Both the position numbers and the translations under genes were made by a program. A model generated the notes under the pieces. It saw only the letters and a program-made list of their open reading frames with translations. It was not told the origin of the DNA and ran no database searches. A stretch of DNA of 63,453 bases, filler included, from Octopus bimaculoides (Eukaryota): NCBI RefSeq assembly GCF_001194135.2. It is 7 parts of 6 records of this genome, joined end to end, with 100 filler letters (N's around TTAATTAATTAA, not from the genome) between each part and the next. Parts side by side here need not be neighbours in the genome. Positions count along the whole stretch, not along the records: positions 1 to 20,182 come from NC_068998.1; positions 20,283 to 35,403 come from NC_068996.1; 5 more parts are not named here. The stretch is one strand, 5' to 3'. Of this stretch, positions 14,211-26,065 are shown in pieces. Positions within the stretch are counted from its first letter, which is position 1. Every line of letters starts with the position of its first letter.

Positions 14211-15570
14211 TATATGTATGTATATATATATTTGTGTGTATAGAATACTGTGAGAAATTATGTCAGCCATGAATCAATTGAAAGCAGTTATTTTCGTAAC
14301 TGACCTGCACAACCAATAGTTAAAAGATTCATAGGCGTTGACATTACGTACATTGCATTGGTGCACATATAAGACACGCATACACTAATACTGTCGAGTT
14401 GTACTTAAAAACATCATATCTGAGCACTGGTATTGTTTGCTTCTCAGTAGAAATATCAGAACAATTGAATTGAGATTTGCAAACACTTACTTGGTTAGTT
14501 AAATATTATCAATTTTAGAAATATGAATATTTCTTTTTGCCTCTTTAAATGTTCTTTCGAATGAAATTGTTAAGACATTAACATTCAAATGCCTGCAAGC
14601 AAAAATATAAAACAAAAAAAAAAAAAATGAAAACAAAAAAATGCTTATTTGAAAAAAAAAAAAGAAAATTTAAATAGCAATGAATAATTTATAACTTGGT
14701 AGATTTCTTCTTTTATTACTAGACTACTTTCTTTGGAAAAATTCAAGCAATTATTAAGAATAGCACAAAACATATTGTATGCTAATCTAAGTATTAATGG
14801 TAAAGATATGAAATATATTATTACTTGATTTCTTTCATATCTTCGCCTAAACTAATTTATGCTTAGAAAACTCCAAGAAAAANNNNNNNNNNNNNNNNNN
14901 NNNNNNNNNNNNNNNNNNNNNNNNNNNNNNNNNNNNNNNNNNNNNNNNNNNNNNNNNNNNNNNNNNNNNNNNNNNNNNNNNNNNNNNNNNNNNNNNNNNN
15001 NNNNNNNNNNNNNNNNNNNNNNNNNNNNNNNNNNNNNNNNNNNNNNNNNNNNNNNNNNNNNNNNNNNNNNNNNNNNNNNNNNNNNNNNNNNNNNNNNNNN
15101 NNNNNNNNNNNNNNNNNNNNNNNNNNNNNNNNNNNNNNNNNNNNNNNNNNNNNNNNNNNNNNNNNNNNNNNNNNNNNNNNNNNNNNNNNNNNNNNNNNNN
15201 NNNNNNNNNNNNNNNNNNNNNNNNNNNNNNNNNNNNNNNNNNNNNNNNNNNNNNNNNNNNNNNNNNNNNNNNNNNNNNNNNNNNNNNNNNNNNNNNNNNN
15301 NNNNNNNNNNNNNNNNNNNNNNNNNNNNNNNNNNNNNNNNNNNNNNNNNNNNNNNNNNNNNNNNNNNNNNNNNNNNNNNNNNNNNNNNNNNNNNNNNNNN
15401 NNNNNNNNNNNNNNNNNNNNNNNNNNNNNNNNNNNNNNNNNNNNNNNNNNNNNNNNNNNNNNNNNNNNNNNNNNNNNNNNNNNNNNNNNNNNNNNNNNNN
15501 NNNNNNNNNNNNNNNNNNNNNNNNNNNNNNNNNNNNNNNNNNNNNNNNNNNNNNNNNNNNNNNNNNNNNN

Positions 15571-15611
<41 letters not shown>

Positions 15612-16321
15612 ATATGAGTATGTAAAAAGCATCTATGGCTAGATATTATATTTGTATGAGGAGAAACAAAATGCAAAGTGGACAAAGAATAAAATATAAA
15701 TATGTTGTATGGTCAGGTCACAGTTAGCAAACATTGAAACAGTTCAGTATATTTAGTGTGAAAATAGAATGCAAACAGACCACTAGCAGCTAGAGGTTTC
15801 TTGTTTGAGAATGTGTCTCTGAGTGTGGCCTTCTCCAGCTAGGGTGGCACTAGTACAGCAGTAAGAGCACAGCCGATTGGCAACTGAATCATACTAGGGG
15901 CAGCAAGGCATGAAAGGTTTGAAAGATTGTTAACAGTGACAATGATGATGGTGAAGACAACATCTCCAATGTTTGTATCAGCACCTTAGGAGTGGGAATG
16001 AGTTGGCTGTGGGCGTGAGACGCTCCAGCACAAACAATGATTAGAATGTCACAATAACAAGGAGCTGGGGTATTTAGGTAGCAGCGAACCTTTGAACAAC
16101 AGTAATCTTTGATATGCATAAGATAACTGTGGGAAATATTAGAGATGTATAAACATTACATGGTGTTCTATGGTAGCATCTGAAGGCTAAGGTTTATTAG
16201 AAGCTGATCCCTTGGTTAGGGTTAGGAAGAATATTCCAACATACAACAACTCAATAAAAATATCTTTAAAAAAATACAAAAAGTAAAAATATTCATTTAC
16301 TCTAAATGAGCAATGGCAGAA

Positions 16322-16341
16322 AGATAGATAGGTAGATAAAG

Positions 16342-16376
<35 letters not shown>

Positions 16377-16402
16377 CAGAGAGAAATATATATATATGCA
16401 CT

Positions 16403-16475
<73 letters not shown>
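16322..16475. repeat. Compound (GATA)n/(GACA)n microsatellite
   Basis: Direct reading. Confidence 0.95.
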
Positions 16476-16476
<1 letters not shown>

Positions 16477-18200
16477 CTTGTTCTCATTGAATCTTCTATG
16501 TGTTAANNNNNNNNNNNNNNNNNNNNNNNNNNNNNNNNNNNNNNNNNNNNNNNNNNNNNNNNNNNNNNNNNNNNNNNNNNNNNNNNNNNNNNNNNNNNNN
16601 NNNNNNNNNNNNNNNNNNNNNNNNNNNNNNNNNNNNNNNNNNNNNNNNNNNNNNNNNNNNNNNNNNNNNNNNNNNNNNNNNNNNNNNNNNNNNNNNNNNN
16701 NNNNNNNNNNNNNNNNNNNNNNNNNNNNNNNNNNNNNNNNNNNNNNNNNNNNNNNNNNNNNNNNNNNNNNNNNNNNNNNNNNNNNNNNNNNNNNNNNNNN
16801 NNNNNNNNNNNNNNNNNNNNNNNNNNNNNNNNNNNNNNNNNNNNNNNNNNNNNNNNNNNNNNNNNNNNNNAATCCAAAACTCCATATATTCTTCTATTTG
16901 CATTAGAAATTGTCTATGGTAATGCATACACACATATACACAGGCTCATTAACACAAAGCAAATCATTCTTCAGGGAATACTTGGTGGGAAAAGATTTAA
17001 TCTTTTTTTTCTTCAATCCTTATTAATGATGATAATGATAATAATAATAATAATAATAATCCTTTCTACTATAGGCACAAGGCCTGAATATTGGGGGAGG
17101 AGGAGGATAGTCAATTTACATCGACCCCAGCACTCAACTGGTACTTGTTTTATCAACTCCAAAAGGATGAAAGGCAAAGTCGACCTCAGCGGAATTTGAA
17201 CCCAGAATGAAAAGACGGACGAAATGCTGCAAAGCATTTTGCCTGGCATGCTTACGATTCTGCCAACTCACCACCTGATAATAATAATAATAATCATTCC
17301 TAACATAGGCGCAAGGCCACACATTTTTGGGGGTGGGTGGGTAGGCGTTTAGATGATTTAATTACGCCCATCTCCCCAGCCCCACCAAAACCACTTGACT
17401 GGTAATTTGGTTTTGTTGATTCCTTTATAGAAGGGTGAAAATCAAAATTGGCTATGGCAGGATTTGAACTCAGAACATAAAAGAGTTGGAATAGAGTAAG
17501 GCAATGTACACATGCCTGACGTTCTAGCATTTCTGTCAATCCTCCACCCTGATTCTACGACTGTTTCTATAACTACTACTATTAACATTATTATTATTAT
17601 TATTATCATTATTATTATTATTAATATTCTCAAACCATATTATACAGGTAATAATTATAACAAAAAAAAAATGTCTTGGTTTGGAAATAAAAAAATAAAT
17701 AAAAACTGGCCACTTATTAGGGATTCCATTTTGTTTTAAGGACAGTTCATTGAAACAGCAGTTTGCTCCGTTGTTATTGGAAGGAAACATTAATCAAGTA
17801 CAACATAATTATTAATTAAATTTATATTTACATTTGACATAATTTAAACACAATACCTCATTCCTCCTCACAAAAATCTAACATGGAGTGTGAGATGATG
17901 AGCTTGTGTTTTTTTCTGTTTTTTTTTTTTTTAGTATTTAGACTTTTAAGTTTACATGGGCTACAGTAGATGCTAGTAAAAGTTACATACATGAAAGTAG
18001 AATCACTAAAGTATTTCTATAACATTATAGAGACCCACCACCACCGCCGCCTACACTGCTTACATTGTAAAGAACTGCCAAAATGAGACGGAGCAATCTG
18101 CACTCCTCACAGTTGTCCACTCTTATTAGCAATATCATTTGAATAGCACCAAAATACTGTGTTGGTATGGTAAGAGGATAGTACCAAATTTTGTTGGCAC

Positions 18201-18245
<45 letters not shown>

Positions 18246-18496
18246 TAATTTCTGGTATAATTTACACAGATAAAAAATGACAATGAATTATTATTTGTTT
18301 GGTTTCGAATTAATGCAATGGATAAGGATAAACAGTTAAAAAATAAATAAACACCCCTCTCAAAAAGAAAAAAAAAAGAAATTAAATAAAACTAACGAAA
18401 TCATTAGAATTTTTAAGTTTTACTCTTACAAAGATTTGAATTTTTTTCTGAATAAGAATGATGGAACATAAAATTTAATTTACTGGATTTAAACAT

Positions 18497-18541
<45 letters not shown>

Positions 18542-20028
18542 AAGTTTAAGGAAAAAGATATATTCACATATAAGCATGCACATACAGATACACATATACA
18601 GTTACAGAAACACTCATACATACACACACAGAATCTAGTCACACTAGAAAGGATATACTTGTTGATATAGCTATGAAAGTAACATTAACAATCAATGGTC
18701 TTTTAAAATTACCAGTAATAAACGTAAATGGTAATTTTCATTTGTTTCTGTTACGTATTTTTGTTGATTTTTATTTTTATTATTTTTTTTGTTTTAATAT
18801 TTGTATCTTTAGTATCAAGCATATCAGATAGGTGTTGAGCAAAAGGTCCACTGCGTATTAGATCATCCCCGTTTAGAAACAAACTCACTTCCACATCTGT
18901 GATGTTAGGGAGTAAGCCACTTCAGACATAAAAAGTAAGCTAAAAAATAACATTATTAGAACAGCAGTTTTGTTGTTGAATGCACCTTAGTTATCATATG
19001 ATGGCAAGGAGAGACAACCAGTAACACGAATGTCATCTTCAGTTTTTTTTTTCTTTTTGGACATGGTAAGAGCAAGGTGGTACAAATTTTTGTTATACAA
19101 TACGAACTAAAAGGTAAAGCAAACTTTGAGAAAGCCAAGACAAGAGCGATTTTACATCAAAAAATTTTTGTTGGAAAAAAAAAAAAATTTAAAGTAAACA
19201 AACAATATATAAAACAAATGTGTACTTATATCTAAGTATCTGTTTTTTGTTTTTTCTTTTTTTGGGGTCAAAGTATGTATATGTTTTTTTTTGTTTCTCA
19301 TGTTTAAAAAATAATTTTCCAGATATTATTATTATTATTATTTTTTGTTTTTTAGTTAAAATACATGACTAACATTAGTTTAATACAAGTCAAAAGACTA
19401 CCAAATTGTTTGACAATTTGTCAATGGTTAATCACATTGCAAATACGGCTTAAAATTTTAGCATACACAGATCAACTTTATTTTAATTAAAAAAAAAAAA
19501 AAAGGTACCATTTAGAACATTTCACAATTGGATACATACAATAAGATTTTAAAAAAACAAACAAAAAACAAACAAAACTTTATAAGTACATACAACTAAG
19601 TCACTAAGCCAACATGTGCTATCTGGTTTATAGGGTATCATATACTCATGTATGATGTACAAACTTTTCTTATTGAAAAGATAATCAGGTAGTTTATAAG
19701 AACTCACAAACATTTACATACGTACATACATACATATATATACATATATACATAGATATATACACATACATATATATAATATATATAATATATATATATA
19801 TATATGTATATACACAAACACACAACACATACATGAGTACCTTTTGTGTAGATGTGTGTGTATGTGCACGTATGTGACTATATATATATGCATGTATATG
19901 TGTGTGTATATATATGCATAATGTGTATGGGAAAAAATATAGATGATTGTCTCCCCTTGACATTAACAAATACATCATGAAGGTTACCCTATGACAATAC
20001 AATAAGAATGAACGAAAAAAAATATATA

Positions 20029-20065
<37 letters not shown>

Positions 20066-22454
20066 GTTAAAAAAAATCTAGACATTATTAGAGTTCTTTA
20101 CTTGCTTTCAATACAGACAGGATTACTTTTTCCACTGCTTCTTAATTTGGTTTAAATATATATATATATATATATATATATANNNNNNNNNNNNNNNNNN
20201 NNNNNNNNNNNNNNNNNNNNNNNNNNTTAATTAATTAANNNNNNNNNNNNNNNNNNNNNNNNNNNNNNNNNNNNNNNNNNNNTATATATATATATATATA
20301 TGGGAGAATTTACGAATAAAACAACAGATGAAGACAGGTGGTGTAAACAACAAATGGATGTATTAGTTTAACGCTCGGGAATAGAGAAAGTCTTTGACGT
20401 TTCGAGCTACGCTCTTCAACTGAAAGGAACACAGAACAAAATAAGGAGAAAAACAAAGAGAAAAAAAATATAAATGCCTTGGAAATTCAAATAAACTATG
20501 ACCTCAGAAACCTGCAGACAGATTTTATATATCATTAATGCTTAAGTGGTTTTTATGTCCATGTGAGGAAATGTTTGGTATTACAATACATGTAACCTTC
20601 CAAGTCTAAGGAAAAGGGGATTAATGTCTGATAAGATGGAATAAAGAAGTGAGGAGTTTCAAGCAGATGTAATTCTGCAGAAGTTGTTTGCTCAGAATGC
20701 ATGATACTGAGATGTTATGCAAGACTAGGTAGGACTTGTAGGAGAGATGTATGCATAGGTAAAAGTTTACTATGCTGTGAGAAATTTTAAAGTCTGTTGT
20801 AGATCTGAGAAAGGTGGGAATACAATGCAATGGTACACAAGTAGCTACAAGTATTATTAACTGTTTTTTTCGCTGAAAGTTTAACTTTCTAATTTAATGA
20901 TAAAACTGTGCAAAACAAATTTTTTTAATTACAAGTTTATTTTATTTTATTTTGTAGGGTGATAATAAAAAAAGTATGAGGAATATACTGAAATCATTTC
21001 ATGTAGCTGACCATAATATAGATTTTTCCCTGAAATTACTAAATAAAGAAGAACCATTAGAAAATATTAAAAAGTCTCTGGAATTTTTACTAAAGTCATC
21101 AAGAAAGGTAAAGAAAAAACCTTTTTGACATTCTTATTTTGTCAAATTAAATGTGTGTTTTTCTGTATGCCTTTTTGCTTTTTGTTAAATACCAGAGGAG
21201 ATGTTATTAGAGAGAGAGAAAGAGAGAGGCAGTGAGAGAGATATAAATTCGGACAGAACGACTGAGGAGTGAGAAAAATGACAGGTTAGACACCAGAAGT
21301 GATAGAATGTCCATCTTGCTCTGTTATTGTTTCTTTGATCTAAATGTAATAAACAATCTAGTGAGAAGTTAGTAACAGACTTGCTTCTGAATTTAGGGAG
21401 TAATGGAGGTGAAGGAAGCAGAGAATTTGGCAAAGAAACTGAAAGGTTGAGTTGAAGAAAACATTTGAAACCTCACTTCCTGTGGCAATATTATTTTATT
21501 GATGTGGTGTGTGTGTGTGTTGTACCTTGAGCAAGTGTCTTCTGCAATAGCCCTGGGCTGATCAAAGCCTTGTAAGTGGATTTGCTAGATGGAAACTGAA
21601 CGAATCCTGTTATGTGTACATAAGAAGCCTGCTGACTATTTGCAATGTCTGTGTCTGAAAAGACATCGATATTCTATATATCATGGCAGTGGGTTTGGCT
21701 GGTTTACAGGCACAAGATTCCTGCTGAGGAAGTCCAGTAGACTAAAATCATGTGATCTGGCAGTTCTGGCACCCAGAACAGACAATTCTTGTCTGTTGCG
21801 ATTTATGCCTGTGTTTTTATGCTCCATGCACCTGCATGAGACCTATCAAAGCCAATACTGTCCTTTCAAAGTTGATACTGTTGTATTTGGCATTCTAACA
21901 AGAACATCCATGTTAAGTTGGATATAAAGAATGCCTTTTGATACTAATACTGCTTCCGTTGCTAATAATCATATATACACATTACAAACATCATTGTTGC
22001 TTTATGTTCATTTTTTCCTTGCTGATGTGGGTTGAACACAACATCATATCACACACACATACACACACACATATGAATGTATACACATTAAAGAGTGTGT
22101 TTAATGTATTTTTCATGACACCAGCACTAGAGAAGTACCATGTTCTCATCATGACATGCTTGCTTGTCCACTTCTTCACAGAGTGAGAAGTTTGAGTGAT
22201 AGAGGAAACAATGATAGTGATGAAAGAGCTGTGTGAGAGTGCAATGAATGCTAAGAATACTCATTATTCTGAGATAGGTTGAAATAAAAACATATATTGG
22301 GTCATTTTCAACAGCGACCTTTTGCATTTCCAGAATCTGTTTATGCTGATTCTTGCATAGGATGTGATCCAATGCAAGAATTTTTTTCAGAAAAGAATTG
22401 GTGCAAAGTTTCATTTCCTTTTCTTTCATTTATTGTCTCTGCTTTAGAATTCTT

Positions 22455-22684
22455 TTTACCCTTTTAGCATTCAGGTTATTCTGTCAAATGTAATGCTTAT
22501 TTATTTGCATCGTTTTGAATTAATCATGCCTTGTCTCATAGCTTTGAGATTTTGATGATGTGATTGTATATTTTTACAATGACTTTGTAGGGTGAGTATA
22601 AGAGGTCAGATCTGGCTGGTTTGAACATAAAACAGGTAGAATATTTGGGTCAGACATGACTGGTTTATTTGCTAAACAGTTAAG
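22455..22684. mobile_element. piggyBac-type (TTAA) MITE; other copies at 30043-30410 and 45588-46132
   Basis: TTAACCC...GGGTTAA-type termini (degenerate here) and a shared internal sequence across copies. Confidence 0.7.
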
Positions 22685-23590
22685 GTTACTCAGTATGGTT
22701 TTTAACAGTAACGTGAACAAAGATTGCTCTGACTTTCTTACACCAGTTTCATTACAAATAGGTTCATGGACTTGGTCAAAAGAAATCAACATTCTCAGAT
22801 GTAGCACCACCAATAATAGCCTCAGCAGTATTATAATTTCTTCAATAGGTTATAGTACTAACTACTTCAGGAGTCTGAAGCTTTGATTTGAATGTATTTC
22901 TAACTATAACAGCTGAAGGCAGGCAAAATGTATATTGCGTATAATCATAGATACAAATATGGAGAAGTAATCATAGAAGGTTGTTGGTTTAAGCATTTCT
23001 GGTCCTCTTTCTGTGAGAAAATATGCCTTTGGGCATGGTGCCAGTGGAGGTCATTTGCAATGCTTTGAAAGATATTTAAAAATTTTCATGGGGAATTAGC
23101 AAAGTAAAAAATACTTATAAAGAATGAGATAAATATTTTAGCCTTTTTGACTACTGTGTAGGATTTAGATATCTTGGATAATTTAAGCATACATTAAACA
23201 TGAACATTTCCTTTTTTTTTTACATAATTTATTCAGTCTAAAGGCCAAATTTTCTTTAAATAGCTATCAGTCAAATGAGAGTCACATATTTTTAAGTACT
23301 AAATTTTTGAATTTGGCATGTTCTCACTGAAGAGTGGAACAACACAGTTTGAACACTGATCGTGTGTTGAAGCTTGTTCCCAATTGATAAACATGTCAAC
23401 CTGTTCCTATAAAATCTTGGCATTTGGTCTACTGTCTCCATGTCATTGGAATCTGCAGAAGCCAAACTAACTTGTGCTGCTCCACAACAATGACAGCTTA
23501 AAACTATATTGAAATTATTATTGTTGCTATTTTGAAAGTATTCTAATTTATATATTTTTCATTTCAATGTAAATAAAACAACCATTGAAG

Positions 23591-23671
23591 ATATCAGATC
23601 TTGCACACAAAGGAATCGATCAACTGGAAAAGGTCTTGCAATATTGTGAAATGTTTGGAATAACAAGTACA
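23591..23671 (+). CDS. EIF2AK4: GCN2/EIF2AK4-like protein, HisRS-like domain exon A (ISDLAHKGIDQLEKVLQYCEMFGITST); 5' boundary uncertain (23573, 23591 or 23598)
   Basis: Open frame ending at a strong donor ACA|gtaagt (23672). Aligns by eye without gaps to human GCN2 IAQLVKYGLKDLEEVVGLLKKLGIKLQ (recalled). Phase 0 matches the next exon. Confidence 0.75.
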
Positions 23672-23811
23672 GTAAGTAATTTATCATCTTTATAAATATT
23701 ACTGTAAGATGTTTATTGCTAAGAATAGCAAGAAATTATTTGGTTAGTTTAGATGGATTCTTTCTTTCACAATTATATGTTAGTGTGATAAAATAATTTC
23801 TTCAATATAGG

Positions 23812-23985
23812 CACAGGCATGGCTGTGTGGTAAGAAGCTTGCTTCCCAACCACACGGTTCCAGGTTCAGTCCGACTGCATGGCACCTTGGGCAAGTGTCT
23901 TCTACTATAGCCTCGGGCTGACCAAAGCCTTGTGAATGGATTTGGTAGACAGAAACTGAAAGAAGCCTGTTGTATATGTGTGTGT

Positions 23986-24050
<65 letters not shown>

Positions 24051-24245
24051 GTGTTTGTGTCTGTATTTGTCTCTCCACCATCGCTTGACAAATGATGTTA
24101 GCATGTTTATGTTTCTGTAATTAGCTGAAGAGATCGATAGAATAAGTACTAGGCTTACAAAGAATAGCCCTGGGGTTGATTTGTTTGACTAAAACCCCTT
24201 ATGGTGGTGCTCCAGCATGGAGCACTGAAACAAATAAAAGAAATA
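23812..24245 (+). mobile_element. SINE family A, full length with internal (TA)n/(TG)n
   Basis: tRNA-like head (ggctgtgtggtaag...ggttcagtcc), CORE-like ggcaccttgggcaagtgtcttctactatagcc, tail ...gaaacaaataaaagaa. Confidence 0.9.
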
Positions 24246-24544
24246 GAATATTAATAAAGATTAATATATTTAACACATTAATAAGTTTAAACGTTTTGTG
24301 AAATAAATTTTTAAATGAGCAATGATTAAATGAATAGTTTGTAATTATGAATGAGTTTTTAAACTATTGCAACAAAATCAATTTTATATTTAATATTTCA
24401 TATCAATATAAAACAATTTCAGTCATAAAAATTATAACACTGTAATAATCATTAAAATCTTTAATATTTTAAAAATTATTTATGTTGTAAAAATCATTAA
24501 TTTAAAAATAAATTAAATTTCTTCATTTCATTTTTTTTTTCCAG

Positions 24545-24694
24545 TTAAAATTTCAGTTAGGTTGCTTACAAAAAGCATATCATTTTTCTGGAATATTTTT
24601 CCAAATGAAATTAAAGTATTACATAGAAGCTCCAAATGGAAAGAAACGTTTTATCCAACACACCATTGCAAGTGGGGGAAATTATGCCCAATTA
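24545..24694 (+). CDS. EIF2AK4: GCN2-like exon B (LKFQLGCLQKAYHFSGIFFQMKLKYYIEAPNGKKRFIQHTIASGGNYAQL)
   Basis: Poly-T acceptor ttttttccag|, donor |gtaagt, 150 nt, phase 0/0. FSGIFFQ and IASGGNYAQL correspond to GCN2 HNGIIFQ and LAAGGRYDLL. Confidence 0.85.
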
Positions 24695-25734
24695 GTAAGT
24701 CATTAATAGTTTGTTTTTTTTGCTTTTATTTTTTATCTAAGTTCTAAAGTATGCTATGAGATCTTTGTTTCTTTTCTTTCTATTGGTTGTGAATGCAGAG
24801 AAAAAAAATCATTTAAAAGGAGCTCTCAAGGTACTTCCATTAGGGGTCCAGACAAACCCCCTAGGACAAAACTTCCCGAGTTAAAGTGCAATATAGGACA
24901 AACTCCTTCAGTTATATTTTTTCTGTTTTTGAACTTTAACACATTTAATACCATCAAAATTAGAAGAATAAATGTGAGTAACTTATTACTGAAGCGATCA
25001 AAAAAAATATTACCATCTTTCTTTGTGTTGGTTCTCTCCACATGATCATTGTTATGTCTACCTGAGTACCATAATTTCTAAAGTGGATTATTCATGGAAA
25101 CGAGTCAATGTTTCTCTTTATCCTTACCTGTCTGCATTCTTTCCTTAGCAGCTGGTTGTAGTATTGGTCTTCCATTACACTGATAGTTTTTTTTTTAGGA
25201 AGATATGTTTTTACCTATACATGGGGAATTATGGTACTCATGTGGACAAAGCAATAATCATGTGAAGTGAACCAACACAATGAAAGATTATATTTTTCAT
25301 GATTATTCTAGTAATAAATTACTTAAATTATATTTTTTCTTCTAATTTTAAATGATATTTCATGGTATTAAAGTTCAAAAACAGAAAAAATATAACTGAG
25401 GAGAATTTTGTCCTATTTTACACTTTAATTTAGCGGGTTTTGTCCAGTTGGGGTTCTGTCCTACATTGCTTCTATTAGCATTATCATCCTTTAATGTCCA
25501 TTTAATTTTCATGTTTGCATGAGTTAGACAGAATTTGTTGAGGTTGGATTTTCTAAGGCCGGATACCCTTCTTATCACTAAACTCCACCTGTTTCCAAGT
25601 AAAGTAATATTTCCCTATGCTCAAACATATTTTTCATGAAAGACTGGGAGCAACAACTTCACATGTATGACAGTGATGCTTACTTACAACCATCATGTAA
25701 TGTCTAGAGAAAGGTGCTTATAAACACGCACGCA

Positions 25735-25890
25735 CACACACACACGCGTCTTTCAGTTCTTGTCTACCAAATCCACTCTTAAGGCTTTGGTTGACCTGCA
25801 GCTATAATAGAAGACACTTGCCCAAGGTGCTGTGCACTAGGACTGAACCCAAAACCCCATTGTTCAGAAGCAAGCTTCTTAACCATACTG
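25735..25890 (-). mobile_element. SINE family A, 5' half, antisense
   Basis: Reverse complement of the head and CORE region. Confidence 0.85.
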
Positions 25891-25924
25891 TCCAGCACTA
25901 TTTATCTTTTTAAAAAGTTTTATC

Positions 25925-26065
25925 TTGTAGTGGCGCGAAATTATGGCCGCCATTAAGGAAGTACAATCTATGCATGCGCAAGGGACTTGCCTTCCCGGAA
26001 GCCCCTCGAGTGCGCATGCTTAGTAAACCAGTACTTAAAGCGCTTCGCACATTTTCTAAGCCTCT
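25925..26065. promoter_or_regulatory. CpG-rich cluster of housekeeping-promoter motifs within a GCN2-like intron
   Basis: TGGCGCGAAA (E2F-like), GGCCGCCATT (YY1-like), TGCATGCGCA and TGCGCATGCT (NRF1-like), CCGGAAG and AGGAAGT (ETS-like) in about 100 bp. Confidence 0.55.

Noticed and set aside
10500-20000. Idea of a long minus-strand 3' UTR of a nested gene (A-run-rich DNA, acceptor-like site near 16128)
   Set aside because: A-runs and T-runs are both common and no recognisable coding exon was found; composition alone is insufficient.
20227-20238. TTAATTAATTAA embedded in N-runs (also near 35448, 55544, 59366, 60765, 62192)
   Set aside because: Identical 12-mer centred in gaps that puts stops in all six frames; a scaffolding spacer, not biology.
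22762-22827. Candidate upstream GCN2-like exons: VHGLGQKKSTFSDVAPPIIASA here, plus 21388-21436, 7148-7198 and 2456-2515
   Set aside because: Only marginal by-eye similarity and poor donors or uncertain phase; indistinguishable from chance.
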